Source of the DNA: Octopus sinensis
Taxonomy: Eukaryota
Assembly: GCF_006345805.1 (NCBI RefSeq)
Contig: NC_042999.1
Coordinates: 71,548,001 to 71,612,000, forward strand
Direction of reading: 5' to 3'
DNA length: 64,000 bases
In this document: in pieces, positions 26,636 to 39,268 of the stretch
Numbering within the stretch: the stretch's first letter is position 1
Layout of the letters: every line of letters starts with the position of its first letter
Position numbers and translations under genes: made by a program
The notes under the pieces: generated by a model
What the model saw: the letters and a program-made list of their open reading frames with translations, nothing else
Told to the model about the DNA's origin: nothing
The model's database searches: none

Positions 26636-27765
26636 GTTACAGCTACAATATCCTTAACTGGACACGAAATGAACTGTCCAAAATAGATAGGAAAACAAGA
26701 AAAATAATGACAGGATCTAGGATGCATCACCCAAAATCTGACATAGAAAGACTATATATACAACGTATAGAAGGTGGTAGAAGCCTTATACAGCTGGAAA
26801 ACTACTATAAAATAACCACCATAGGACTGCAAAACAAAAAACTGTTCTCAGTATTTAAGGAAGCTGACAAATACAAACAAGAAATCATACCACCTAATAA
26901 ACACGAAGAAGAAGAAGATGATAAAGAAACAACAAAAGCTATAAAACAAATGAAATCCAAACTAAAAATAAAACAGCAACGAACCATGATAAAACGATGG
27001 CAAGAAAAGCCCCTTCATGGTAAATACTGCACTAAACTAAACGCAAAAGAAATAGACAAAGAAAAATCCCAGCAATGGTTGAGAAGCTCAGGACTCAAAG
27101 CAGAAACAGAGGGATTTTTAATTGCAGCACAAGACCAAAGCCTCCCCACCAGAAATTACCAAAAACATGTAATGAAAAGAAATATTACAAGTAACTGCAG
27201 AATATGTGGAGATGGACAAGAAACAATAAATCATATTATCTCTAGCTGCCCAGTCCTGGCTAAGAAGGAATATATTCACAGACATGACAGAGTTGGAACC
27301 TACATACATTGGAAGCTATGCCAACATTATGGAATAACAACAGAAAAAAGATGGTATAGGCACACACCAGAAAAGGTCACAGAAAACGAGAAAGCAACCA
27401 TACTCTGGGATATGCCGATACACACAGATAGAGAAATTAAAGCCAACAGACCAGATATAGTTGTCAGAGATCACGAAGAAAAAAAATGCTTTCTAATTGA
27501 TGTATCAATACCGGCAGATGACAACGTGTCTCTAAAAGAAATGGAGAAACTCTCAAAATACAAAGACCTGGAAATAGAGGTAAATAGAATGTGGAATCTG
27601 AAAACAGAAACAATTCCTATCATAGTAGGTGCATTAGGCATGATAAAAAAATATTCAGACAAATACATAACAAAAACACCAGGACTTACAAACACATATA
27701 ACATACAGAAAATTGCACTACTAGGCACTGCACACATCCTACGCAGAACACTTTCCATACAATAA
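26636..27765 (+). CDS. C-terminal part of an RLE LINE ORF: RT thumb, CCHC zinc knuckle, restriction-like endonuclease (no start codon; 5'-truncated)
   Basis: LNWTRNELSKIDRKTRK..RLYI.R.EGGR (RT C-term); CRICGDGQETINHIISSC (C-X2-C-X8-H-X4-C); RHD; RPDIVV..IDVSIP (PD..D); KLSKYKDL. The frame is open for ~375 codons. The N-terminal I/Y/N runs of ORF 26419 are microsatellite. Confidence 0.9.
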
Positions 27766-27862
27766 CCATCAGAGCATCACAACAAATCACAGCACATACC
27801 CAAGGCACACAGAGCTGCGCTCGGTAGTGAACTGAAAGCACGCTATAAAAATAAAACTACTG
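26636..27862 (+). mobile_element. Young 5'-truncated R4/Dong-clade non-LTR retrotransposon inserted in (TAA)n
   Basis: Contains an open ORF and a 3' UTR ending ..TAAAACTACTG. (TAA)n lies on both sides (26580-26635 and 27863-27900). Confidence 0.93.
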
Positions 27863-27904
27863 AATAATAATAATAATATTAATAATAATAATAATAATAA
27901 CAAT

Positions 27905-28382
27905 AAAAGATGGTATAAAAGATGGGCTACAGCAAATATTCTGCTCAATACCACAGATTTGCTTGTCAGTTGTTTGACCTTAACCAGTTGAGCATGTCCC
28001 TTAGTGGCTGACGATATGTGCATCTCTGATCACGAGCAGAAGTAGTGGGGGAGCATCATAGCCATGTGTTGAGAGGGATTCTTTGGGGTTTGAATAATTC
28101 ACCTCTGGAAACATGGGTGGTTCTTTCAACATCCTTAAACAACCCTTATTCAGGGTCCTTTTGAGCGGGATGGGCTACTCAACCTGAAGAAAATTCTAAC
28201 AGGGCCCCACCTGCAAGGTCATGTGCTGTTTATCTTGATACGAGATCACCATGTCGCGCACATATGGTTGTGATGCATGTGCCTGGTGTACCCTTATCAG
28301 ACGGGTAGTCATGATGGATATACTGGGCTTCGTATATTTTACCCCAGTGTCACTTTGATGGCATGCACTGCTCTCTCACTCA
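27905..28382 (+). mobile_element. ~480-bp non-coding interspersed element bracketed by (TAA)n
   Basis: GC-richer non-coding block ending GCACTGCTCTCTCACTC-(AAT)n. I recall it as an abundant octopus repeat; its class is uncertain. Confidence 0.55.
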
Positions 28383-29522
28383 ATAATAATAATAATATAA
28401 AATACTGCTGAAAATGATTTCTGTCTTAATTTCTTCCTTAGAGGGAAGAGTAAAGCCATTTGATATATCCCCAATATATTAATAGCAATATTGATAATAC
28501 TATTTTGAAACCGCTTGGGATTGAAACAATGAAGAAAACGAAGAAATCCGATACGAAATGTAACTCATATAGCTTGTCAGTTCTTTTTCATATCTCAACC
28601 GTCATCTACATTACTTAAACAGAAATAAACAATAAAAATAATAACAGCCATCATTAACTAAAGTCTTTGTTATAAAGTAAGAAGTTGATTACACAGTTAA
28701 ATGATTGATATAAATTGTTTAATCAGACGGTCACAAATTATAGCGCAATGATTTATACAAATGACGAATGAACGTAGGTGATCTTTTACTTCAGCTGATT
28801 AAAAGACAACTCATTTTTGCTATCATTTTCAAATTAGATAATAAATTTAATCAAGCAATTTAGAGACGGAAAAGTCTCAATTAGCAATGTTTTGTAACTT
28901 ACAAAGTGTGAAACATCTAAATGCATAGAAGTAACGATAACGATTTTAACATAGAAACACTGGCGGAAGTTTTGATGGAATATACAGTTATTATATTATA
29001 TTGGTTGAATCTTAGTTGTTATTAAGTAGGACACTTGGTGGTTTTGAATATTATTTAGTTATGTCTGGTCGGAAACGGAAACAACTAAACCATTCATGAT
29101 ATTTTGTCGATTATGTCACCTGCCGACTGCAACTTGGAGTTAATCATATAACATTTAGTAAATATATATATATATATATTTAAATTATTGTTATTCGAAT
29201 TGGTTACGGGCATGAAACGATCGTAGTGGTTTTACTCTTTCTCTTATATTAAACTTTTAATACTTTTTGATAGTTATATAATAAAAAATAAATAAATAAA
29301 TAAATAAATAAAATGATAATAAAATATATATATATTTAAAATTTATAAGTTTAAATTATTAAATTAAATAATTTTTAAATCTTAACTTTAATTTAAATAT
29401 TTTAATTTGGAATTTTATATTTTATATTTTTTATATATTTTATTAATTAATTTTATTTCTATGTATTGGCTTATGATTTTCACTGTTTGATTTGCCTAAT
29501 AGTGGTTTTATCTCTAATTTAA

Positions 29523-30320
29523 TCTCTCTCTATATAAACGGCAGTTTGTCTGTCTGCGTGTCTGTGTGTCTGTCAGGTTGTACCCTCACCCTAACCACGG
29601 CTTTCAACCGATTCTGATGAAACTTGACACACACATAGCCCAATGTCATAATTCAAAACTAACGCAGCGAAAATTTTGAAAAGTTCCCCCAGTTCTGAAA
29701 AAAATCGATAAATTCGACATGGGTCGATTATCTAAGCTTTTTATATGCAACACATTTTCTACAGACTGTCTAGGGGACGCAACTCGACCTTTTTAACGCT
29801 CGGAACACGTGGGGTAAGTATCCCAAAATGTATAAAAATGTACAAAAACGGCAAAAAAGCGTGCAGCAATGTGAGTGACAACAACGAAAAAGTCAAAAGT
29901 GACCAAACTGAACAAACGAATGGAAAAGGTTTTTTGATGCACACGACAAAAGCGGTTTATAATAAACCAAGAGTTTACAAGTAGCGTCCGAGGACTCTTA
30001 GGGTACGTCAAAAATTTAAGGTAAAACGGTTGGGGTGGTAGTGTAAACAAAGTGTAAACAAAAAAAGTATTCGAATAACTTGCGGCTGCAGCAGCTATTA
30101 GCAGAAGTTGGAGGTAAAGTCTCGAATGTAATTTCTTCCTTGGTAGGAATTGGTTGGGTTGAATTATCGATAGCTGTTTGATAGTTATTTGGGAGTGAAG
30201 AGAAGACATTACACCCTACACATGCGCCTTCGTTCCCTAGAGGAAAAAGACTAGATTGGAATTAGTCGTTGCCTACTAGGGGCTCTTACATACCCGGGCA
30301 ACGCCGGGCTATGCTGCTAG
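29523..30320 (+). mobile_element. Non-autonomous Helitron
   Basis: 5' TC (TCTCTCTCTATATAAA) follows an A. There is a (TGTC)n patch near the 5' end and a subterminal GC hairpin CCCGGGCAACGCCGGG (30293-30308). The 3' CTAG (30317-30320) is followed by T, giving the canonical A|TC...CTAG|T with no TSD. Confidence 0.88.
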
Positions 30321-30428
30321 TATAATATATTTATATATTTATACTATAAAATTAGATTTAATCTAAATCTAATTTTTCCCTGTAAGTTTGGATATATTCC
30401 ATAATATTATTATTATTATTATTATATT

Positions 30429-30481
<53 letters not shown>

Positions 30482-31149
30482 TGTCAACTGAAAAAGTAGC
30501 AGAATGTTGGAAATGCTGGCTCCGGGAACTTTTGAATTTTTAAGCTGTTGAATTATTTGGTATGTCCTTCATTGTAAAGTAGCCATCTAAAGAAAACGGT
30601 TTCTTTGGAATTGATATAATGCTCAGTTAAATGAGTCGTTGGAAACGACCGAAATGGACTGACACCTATCCTTCATTTATTATTTATTTGTTATTTACCT
30701 GTCTCAGAATCAGCTCTTCGCATATTCTGAAGTTTATTACGGACTGTGCATTTAGTGAAGTGTACATGTCTGGATAGCTCAAGAGCGGATTGTATATTCA
30801 GCTGAATCTAATTTTCTGCAAGCACTACAGGAATTTCATTTTGCGGGTACTTATATACCAAGGTTGATATTTGCCAATTAATGAAATTATTGTTTTGAGT
30901 GTATATTATTCCAACTTAACTAGATGCACCAACTTAAGTACCTTATTCAACTTAACCTTACATATTATACATACATACATACATATATATATAATTTAAT
31001 ATAATATATATATATATATTATATATATATATATATTTATGTATATATATATATTACAATACGGCGGCGTCTACAACAATAACAACTCATCTGCCTCCTC
31101 CTCCTCCTTCTCCTATTCCTACTCTTACACCTCCTCCTACTACTACAAT

Positions 31150-31460
31150 AATATCAATGGAGGCTAAAACAAAGAAGATGATGGCCATTGAGATGTATTA
31201 CTCGAAAGCAGATGCTAGAGAAACTGTAAGTACTTTGTGTATAAACAGGACAGTGTCACTGCCTTTCTTGGCTACAAGTTTTGGAATGGACGCATAACTA
31301 GCACAAGACAGAGGACTTACTTTTTCGAATCATAAATATCAGATATACGCCATTAAGGAAGAAGTATTGCGTTTATATACACCAAACAAGTTAAGCAGGA
31401 AATATGACTTCACCTATCTGTTTTTCAGCGCATTAAATATTTCGATCATAAATATTTAGA
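31150..31460 (+). mobile_element. Possible highly decayed RTE-clade LINE fragment
   Basis: Pieces KKMMAIEM, KEEVLR and QRIKYFDH recall the RTE C-terminal motifs AFEM, NEEVL and LKYFGH. Many indels. Confidence 0.35.
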
Positions 31461-31915
31461 TCGTCCATAAAGAAGTTATAAACTCTCTTGTTGTTATAGA
31501 CTCGAGGACATTATCAGTAGATTTCTGTAAAAGATATGATGGTGTAATCAAGCCATATTGTCTGTCATCAAGATACATTGTCACATTGCTTCTACAATAT
31601 TTGCTCTCTTCAGACAATATAGTTTAAATTATCAATCTACGCGATACAACTCTGCACGCCTTTCTTAACGCTTATTTGCCCATAAATGACTATATGAATG
31701 AATTCTCAATCGTATAGGAGGAATTCATTCAAATAGCTTAAGTACAGTTTGTACACAATGTTAAAGTAGGTTGATGCGAACCTATAGCCCTCTGGTGAGG
31801 CAGTGATTTGTTGACTACAAGATTTGTTTGTGTCACAGCACGCCAGCTTGATATATCAATCATTTCTTCAATAGTTCTTTGAAATATATCAAGAAATTAC
31901 TTCATATAAAAGCCA

Positions 31916-32209
31916 AGGCGAGTGACTTAGTGGTTAGGCTATTCGGCTCACGTTCGTCGCGTCATGAGTTCGATACCTGGCGTAGCGTTGTGTCATTGAG
32001 CAAGGCACTTTATTTCAAAAATGCGTAGTGTCAGTATTTCAAAGAACCAGCCCTGTCGCATTGTGTATCACGGTGAATAATTCGGAAGACTACGTTAAGG
32101 GTACACGCATTTGTGAAGTACTTAGCCACTTGCACGTTAATTTCACTAGCAGAATGTTCTGTTGCTCGGATCAGCTGGAACCCTTGTCGTCCTAACCAAC
32201 GGAGTGCCA
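31916..32209 (+). mobile_element. tRNA-derived SINE with CORE-like GTCATTGAGCAAGGCACTTTATTTCA segment
   Basis: A box TGACTTAGTGG and B box GAGTTCGATACC. The body matches 38175-38516. Confidence 0.85.
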
Positions 32210-32789
32210 ATTATAAAGGCCAAAATCTTGCACTGATAGCTAACTATTAAGCTTCTTCTTGATGTTTTCCCATTATTCAGCTTTTCCACAGCTTTGGTGG
32301 CAGTTCAGCGTCGATTTTATAGGATGCGTGTTGATGATAAAGCACTACTCATGCTTTATGGTGTCTAATAATGATACATTCTAATTAAAACCATTCCTTT
32401 TATATATATTTTAGACTAGAATGATTTTCTGGCACTCTAGGGAAGTGGGCTCTTTTCATAATTGCATTGTTTCCCTTCATCCACCAATATGCAACCTATG
32501 GACTGGAAGTGTATCAGCATTTATACGGGTTGTTTCAAATATTTTTCTCGATAGCGGAATATTTCACTCTCAGTTTTGTGTTTAGATTTTCATATTTCTC
32601 CCTGAAGATTTAGAGTGATGTCTCAGTAAGATGTTTTCAACTTTTCTACGAATTATAGATGTACTGTGAACGTATTTGCTAGGTGCATGGAATAGGTAGA
32701 TGGATGTTGATAACTGAAAAAAAAAGTCCTTTAAGCTCTAGGATACAGAGTCAATGGTTGTCATGAAGGTGATTCTTTGGTTTTTTAAC

Positions 32790-33345
32790 CAAGCGTTAAT
32801 ATGCTACCTCAGAGAGGCTATGTGAGCATCCGCAGTCATTTTAACACCGTCAGGCACTTTTCAAGAACCAACCATAACGCCTCCAATAATATCTTCCCAA
32901 ATCATGATGCCCCATCTCCCTTGTTGGCGTCCTAAGCGTTGATGACGATCTGGTCCATTTACCATCCATCCCTTTCTCCAACTATCAGGTTCATTGAAGC
33001 GACGACCTCCATGTTATCTTCTGCCCCATTTCAGACGATTTTATATGATTATTTTGTTTAAAGGAGGCCTTTTAATTGATATCACTGGTTTAACGACCTT
33101 TTTCAGAAGACGACATCAGGTAGTTCTGGATATAATTGTTTTGTCAATTCGCTTGAAAAGTTCTACTCTTCTAAGACCTGGTTCCTTTACAGCTTTAAGC
33201 TTAATTCGTGACAGAGAACATTGAGAAACAGCCCTCGACTGACACTTGTCGGTTCTCTTACATATCTTCGTAGAAGCTCTATCAATTGCTTTTCAGTTTG
33301 GTGATATCTTCAAACTGTTTTAGATATTTCTAAAGCTGATTTACA
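32790..33345 (-). mobile_element. Decayed Tc1-family transposase fragment
   Basis: Minus translation pieces IKRPPLNK..RLKW, RLGRQQGRWGIMIWEDIIG and KVPDGVKMTADAH. No TIRs found. Confidence 0.65.
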
Positions 33346-33669
33346 TTTTGCAATTTTAGAAGTAATAACAGATTTCTCTGAAGCAGTTAAAGAAATGATT
33401 TTTAAATTCTCAAACGAAGGATAATGCTAATAATAGAGCCTGAACAGGATAAACTACACGGCGGCTAGCTATGAGACTCGAACTCACACCCTGTGATTAG
33501 GCGTCGCGTATGCATTAATATGCACACATAAGAAAATGAAATGACTCCCATCTCACTTTCTTATTACTCGACTGACCTTCGTTCTGAAGCATATGTATAT
33601 TGGGTTCTACACCAAGTTATTAATCTTGCAACGTCTATGCACACACACATATATACATAAATGTGCATA

Positions 33670-33705
<36 letters not shown>

Positions 33706-34769
33706 GTGTGTGTGTGTGTGTGTGTTTGTTTATTTAGCTGTCTTGCTAAACCCCAATGACCAAAAGTTTCGGCAATCACTGATAGCGTTGTAATTATTTC
33801 GACAAATATTTTATTAAGTTACAGCAGAAACTTTTACATTTTTGATGGGTGCAAAATTTCAGCCACCTTTACAAAGGACTGAAAGTACATGACTATATAA
33901 ACGCCAATAATAATGCCGTGATCAATGTAATAATTATGCAGGTCGATCATGGATTGGCAAAGAGAATCCATTTGCTATTACATTGAAAATCAAGGGTTTG
34001 AACGATCCTATGATGAGATATATTGGTGAAAACCGGAAGCATCTGGGAAAAGCTTTTAAGCTACAAATAACTCATCGTTTAAAACATTGTATATTTTATC
34101 TAGTGCATGCGTCAATCTAGTCTGTTGGTGTTTTAAAACTTTTAGGTCTTTGGTGTAATGGTTTTTAATGTCTTTACACTAATCTATCATATGATGCATT
34201 ATTAACTAGTGTTATTAAAAATTGTCATCGATGTATGAATCGCTCTGAGGAACATGTAGTCTTTGATTAAAATAAAAATGAAAAACTGAAACGAATAAAA
34301 AAAAGTGGTTGGGGGGAAAAATGGGGAAAGTGGGAAAAATAAAAAAGAAACCTTTCAAACCATTTTGAAAAACATCTAGCGTTTTATTAGAAATGCTTCA
34401 CCATTATCTGTCATTAAGTCTGTAGCATAGGCTGAAATGAGTTACTTTTTCTTTTGCATATATTTATTGAATAATGTAGATAAAGGCCGTCATACACGTG
34501 TGCCTACCGAATGCAGTAATTATCAATTTGCAATCTCGGACTATACACATACGAACTCGAACTTAGAAACGCAAGCACGCGCACACACATACACACACAC
34601 ACACTCACACGTATATATGTATATAATTCTATATATTCTTACGCATAGAGACATCTACCTTTCACACACAAAATCACGCACACACATATTGTCACAATCA
34701 ATCTTCTGTTTATATATATGCATGTTATGTATGTATTTACATCATCCATCCATACATACATGCATACAA

Positions 34770-34802
<33 letters not shown>

Positions 34803-34876
34803 ATTGGCTGAAACCTTACTACTATTACTACTACTACTACTACTGCTGCTGCTACTGCTACTGCTGCTGCTGCCAA

Positions 34877-34907
<31 letters not shown>

Positions 34908-35798
34908 GCTAGCGGGTTGTATCAGACAAAAATAATAACGATCTAAAAATTAATATTCATTTAATTTTTGGTTTAAGGGCTACTTCTATTCCCATTCCTC
35001 TGGCGTTGAACTATTTTATTTTTACGTTCTTTTCTTATATACATTATTTGAAACGCCAATATTTTCAGCTTGTTTTGTACGTGTTGTCGGAAATAAATGA
35101 AATGGAAATATTAGCATTTTTTTAAAACTTTCGATTTGTATATCTGTGCCTTTGACTGTCGGTTCGTTTTACTTGGCCGTAGGTGTTACAATATGACCAG
35201 AGCCAAAAACGTTTACGTCTCAAAACTACATAGCCTCATCTTGCCTTAAGTTTGTAAATTAAACGATTCCTCCGTCGGTTTTCCGGATGAACATTTTTAT
35301 TTGTCGAACAACTGAATATCTTGAACATTGGATGAGGATACATGTGGTAGAGTATTCCAAAGTGGACCATTATATAACAGACAAAGTATTTTGTATGCGC
35401 TATTTTTACCTGATCATTTTCAAACGCAATGTTTAGGCTGAGGCAACACGATGATAGGAGTTACTTGCCCATCGAATTCGATACTTTGTGATCGCTAATC
35501 GAACTTCTTAATCACTTGGCCGTAGCTGCATATTATAAATTAGTAACACGCGCATATATATAAGCACGAACACTCACACATGCATCCACACGCACACACA
35601 TGACAGTATTGTTCCCCGTTGAGAAGCATTCAGACGCTAAATATGATTCATTAGAATGCTGATTGTATTTAATTTGTGGGAATTACTTGTATAGGTATGG
35701 ACACTGGGTAACTATTAACGCGCACACGCACATATCTGTATATGTGCATATATATGTATATATACACATATATATATGTACGTATGTATTTATATGTG

Positions 35799-35851
<53 letters not shown>

Positions 35852-36352
35852 TGTAGACAATGTACTCGATGGTTTCTATATCGCAAATGTTCCCTGGATC
35901 TCATTGTTACACAAGAGGTTAATTATATTCACATAAATATTAAAATTCTAACACAACGTGACAAATTCTATGAGTCAACACAATACTCGTGTCGAGGACA
36001 GTTAAGCGTTGTTCAACAATGATTAACAAAAGCAAGGGTTTCAACACGAAATCAGGAGACAAAAGCAATTATAAAATGAGTCGATGCATCAGAGTCCTAA
36101 TTCTAATCATTGTAGCGTAGTGGTAAGTTTAAGTTTCCGGAGACTAGACTTTGACACAAAGGTAGTTTCCTTTTGAGAAATTTCTATTTCCTTTTGTTCA
36201 CACCTTAGATATCCAAACCTATCAGCAGCTTCATAAAAAGGACGTATTCATGGAAATCCTCCAGATGTGTGGTTCCAAGTTAGCTGTAGTCAATTAAGGT
36301 TATAATCGGGACGTTCCAGCCTCGGACATCACAACATATTTTGAGATAATTT

Positions 36353-36490
36353 ACTGCTATATCGCAATACTACACAGTGGTGACGAGGATTTCGTAGCTC
36401 ACACAGCCCCTGTGTAGTATTGCGATATAACAGTGGCGACGCGAATTTAGTAACTCACACAGCCACTGTGTAGTATTGCGATACAACAGT
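36353..36490. repeat. 28-bp inverted repeat overlapping a 56-bp tandem duplication
   Basis: ACTGCTATATCGCAATACTACACAGTGG (36353-36380) has reverse-complement copies at 36407-36434 and 36463-36490. Tandem units are 36375-36430 and 36431-36486. Confidence 0.9.
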
Positions 36491-37130
36491 TACCTACGAC
36501 TACGTTATGTGTCATTTCTCTTTTTTAAATAGCAAGGTTTGCATCATTCGATCATATCAAGTGAGTATTTTAGGGCTCTCTCGTTGGATTGTATGAAAAC
36601 GCTTGTTATTTATCGTGTTTTAACAATTCATTTTAATCTAAGATATATTTCTTATTCATATTAGCCTAAAAGTGTTATCAATTTACGTTGCTATTTTTTT
36701 GACCGGTTGGATAAGAACTCCACGAAAATAAGGCTACTTTAAACTATGTTTTCACTCACTTTGCATTGTACTCATAGACAGAACTGTCAATTGTAGCATT
36801 CTTATTTTTTTTCAAATGCAAATAGAATTGCAGTAACAACTACTAATCAACATTGAAATCAGTATTGAGACTATTAAATCAGAATTGAAGCTACTTGCGG
36901 TAACTTCTTTTTGTTCTAGAACTTACTCTGAGTGCAAGTGCCAATGATAACATGTAACTTGCTACATGCCTTATTGTATGCATTTCATAGATAAATGCAT
37001 ATATACATATACATACACACACTTACACACTCTAGACACACTTACGCGCACCTTCATTTGGGGAACACCAGTACTTTTATTATCTCCTCTACTTCCTAGC
37101 TCTCCTGTCAAACTACTTTTTTCCAATCAG

Positions 37131-37324
37131 TCGCCATGACTGATCGCTAAATCCACAATTGCTTTTTATTCTCTCTCTGTTTATTTCATCGTATTCCTTT
37201 CTGTTGAAGAGCGTAGGCTCGAAACGTAAAAGACTTTCTCACTTTCCTGAACGTAAAACTGATACACCTGCTTGTTGTTCATACACCTGTCTCCGTCTTT
37301 TGTTTTTCTGTAAATTTTAACTAT

Positions 37325-37325
<1 letters not shown>
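37131..37325 (+). mobile_element. Short repeat with hammerhead-like motif (possible Penelope-like pLTR), subfamily A
   Basis: CTTT-CTGTTGA-A-GAGC-GTAG-GCTC-GAAA-CGTA-AAAG at 37197-37232. The body aligns with 59565-59755 and it abuts (TA)n. Confidence 0.65.
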
Positions 37326-37410
<85 letters not shown>

Positions 37411-37449
37411 AATAAATATATATATATATAAATAATATATATATATATG

Positions 37450-37801
37450 ACCAAAATTCCCCCTTCCCATCCAATGGACGGTGCTGAGTTTTCAAACATT
37501 GAAACCAAATTTTCTCAAAAGAACTTGTCCGACCTTCCCATTTTGTGGCATTATTTCAAGCCAGTCGGCTTTTCTTGCGCAAACTGCGCGTGCATTTTTC
37601 TCGCGTACGCTGATGTACTTGGGCGTACAAATGCACGTTCCCACGGCTTTATCGAACGCATTCTCACCTAGAATCGATTTTTGTAATTTTTTCACGATTT
37701 ATACACGCCCTAACACCGTCGGTATCTACATATCAAATTTGAGCGCAATCCGATGGAGGATGCTCGAGATCCTAGAAGACACACACGCAGACAGAACGGA
37801 T
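37450..37801 (-). mobile_element. 5' part of a Helitron-like non-autonomous element
   Basis: Minus strand begins TATATATAATCCGTTCTGTCTGCGTGTGTGTC..GATCTCGAG..CGGATTGCGCTCAAATTTG, the same architecture as the 5' end of the 29523 Helitron. The 3' hairpin/CTAG end is missing. Confidence 0.55.
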
Positions 37802-37823
37802 TATATATATATATAATATATAT

Positions 37824-37867
<44 letters not shown>

Positions 37868-38174
37868 GATCAGTTACGGGATTCATTAGAAAGTTAAGGG
37901 ATGTTGTTAGAAGTGAATTAACTGGTTTAAAATATGCGAGTGTGGCTAATATTATGTAAGCAAATTAAGGAAATTGTTTAAAAATCAAAATCTAAGCATT
38001 ATTTCCAAGTATAACCTTAAAGCCGTGAACTTCTTAGATGCCAATTTAGAGCTTAACTCAGGACATTTTTTCTACCCATACCGTAACCTGGAAAAGGTTA
38101 CGATACTGAAAGGCAAAAAATTCAATTCCAAATTACTTGGAGCTTTATGAAACTAGCACTAAAATACTCAAGTG

Positions 38175-38516
38175 AAGGCGTGTGGCTTAGTGGTAAATGT
38201 ATTCGGCTCACGTTTGTAAGGTCGTGAGTTAATTTCCCGGCGATATGTGGTGTACTTGAGCAACACACTTTATTTCACTTGTAAGACACTTATTTCATGT
38301 TGCTGCCGTCCACTCAGCTGGCAACAATGAGTAGAACCTGTATTTCAAAGGGCCAGCTTTCTTACATTCTGCGTCACGCTGAATTTCCCTGAGGAATACG
38401 TCAAGGGTACACGTTTTTGTAGAGTGTTCAGTCACTTGTACGTTAATTTCACTAGCAGGCTATCCCGTTTATCGGATCAACTGAATCCGTCGTCGTCGTA
38501 AGCGACGTAGTCGCAG
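38175..38516 (+). mobile_element. tRNA-derived SINE with CORE-like segment (family of 31916-32209)
   Basis: A box TGGCTTAGTGG and GTACTTGAGCAACACACTTTATTTCAC. Contains an internal ~20-bp duplication and a tail ..CGTCGTCGTAAGCGACG. Confidence 0.85.
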
Positions 38517-39030
38517 TTTGTACCATATTATGAAAGGTACGTGAGCACTCATTGCTGCGCTGAATCATGGGAAATTCTCAAATGTCCCGGTAATGTCCGT
38601 ATCGAGTCTCATGAACTTGGAGTGAAATACTTTCATAATATTAGAAACAGACTTTCATATTTTAAAACAATTACCTGATTCACATCTAACAACAACCCTT
38701 ATTTCATTTTATCTACACAATACAGGGCAGTAGATATAGTCCGAGTAATATATTACTCTGTCATAGGACCCCATTTGTGAAATCTTATTATATTAATCCG
38801 ATAAATCTTTATTCCATAAGTAGCGAAATATTTGATAGTATAACGTATGGCTTCTAAATTATGTCTAATATTTGTTATTTTTTTTATCATATTGTATCTC
38901 GTATTATAGTTTGATATCATATTTCTGTTTTATATCTATGTATTCTATATATTTAGATATATATAGCTATAAAGATACAGAGCTGTATATGTATGATGGC
39001 TATATAGGGACATGTGTGCATGTAGGTTTA

Positions 39031-39089
<59 letters not shown>

Positions 39090-39203
39090 GTGTGTGTGTG
39101 TGTGTGTGTATGTGTGTGTGTTTGTATGTATATGTCTATATGACAGTATAGGTATGTATATATAAATGTATATATATATATGATTGAGTGGATATACATA
39201 TAT

Positions 39204-39268
<65 letters not shown>

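Noticed and set aside
31159-31233. Short ORF MEAKTKKMMAIEM... ending at ACT|GTAAGT as a first coding exon
   Set aside because: Better explained as decayed RTE-like LINE sequence. GTAAGT alone is common in 64 kb of AT-rich DNA.
36375-36486. CRISPR-like repeat-spacer array
   Set aside because: There are only two direct units, the spacers are near-identical rather than unique, the context is eukaryotic, and no cas genes are present.
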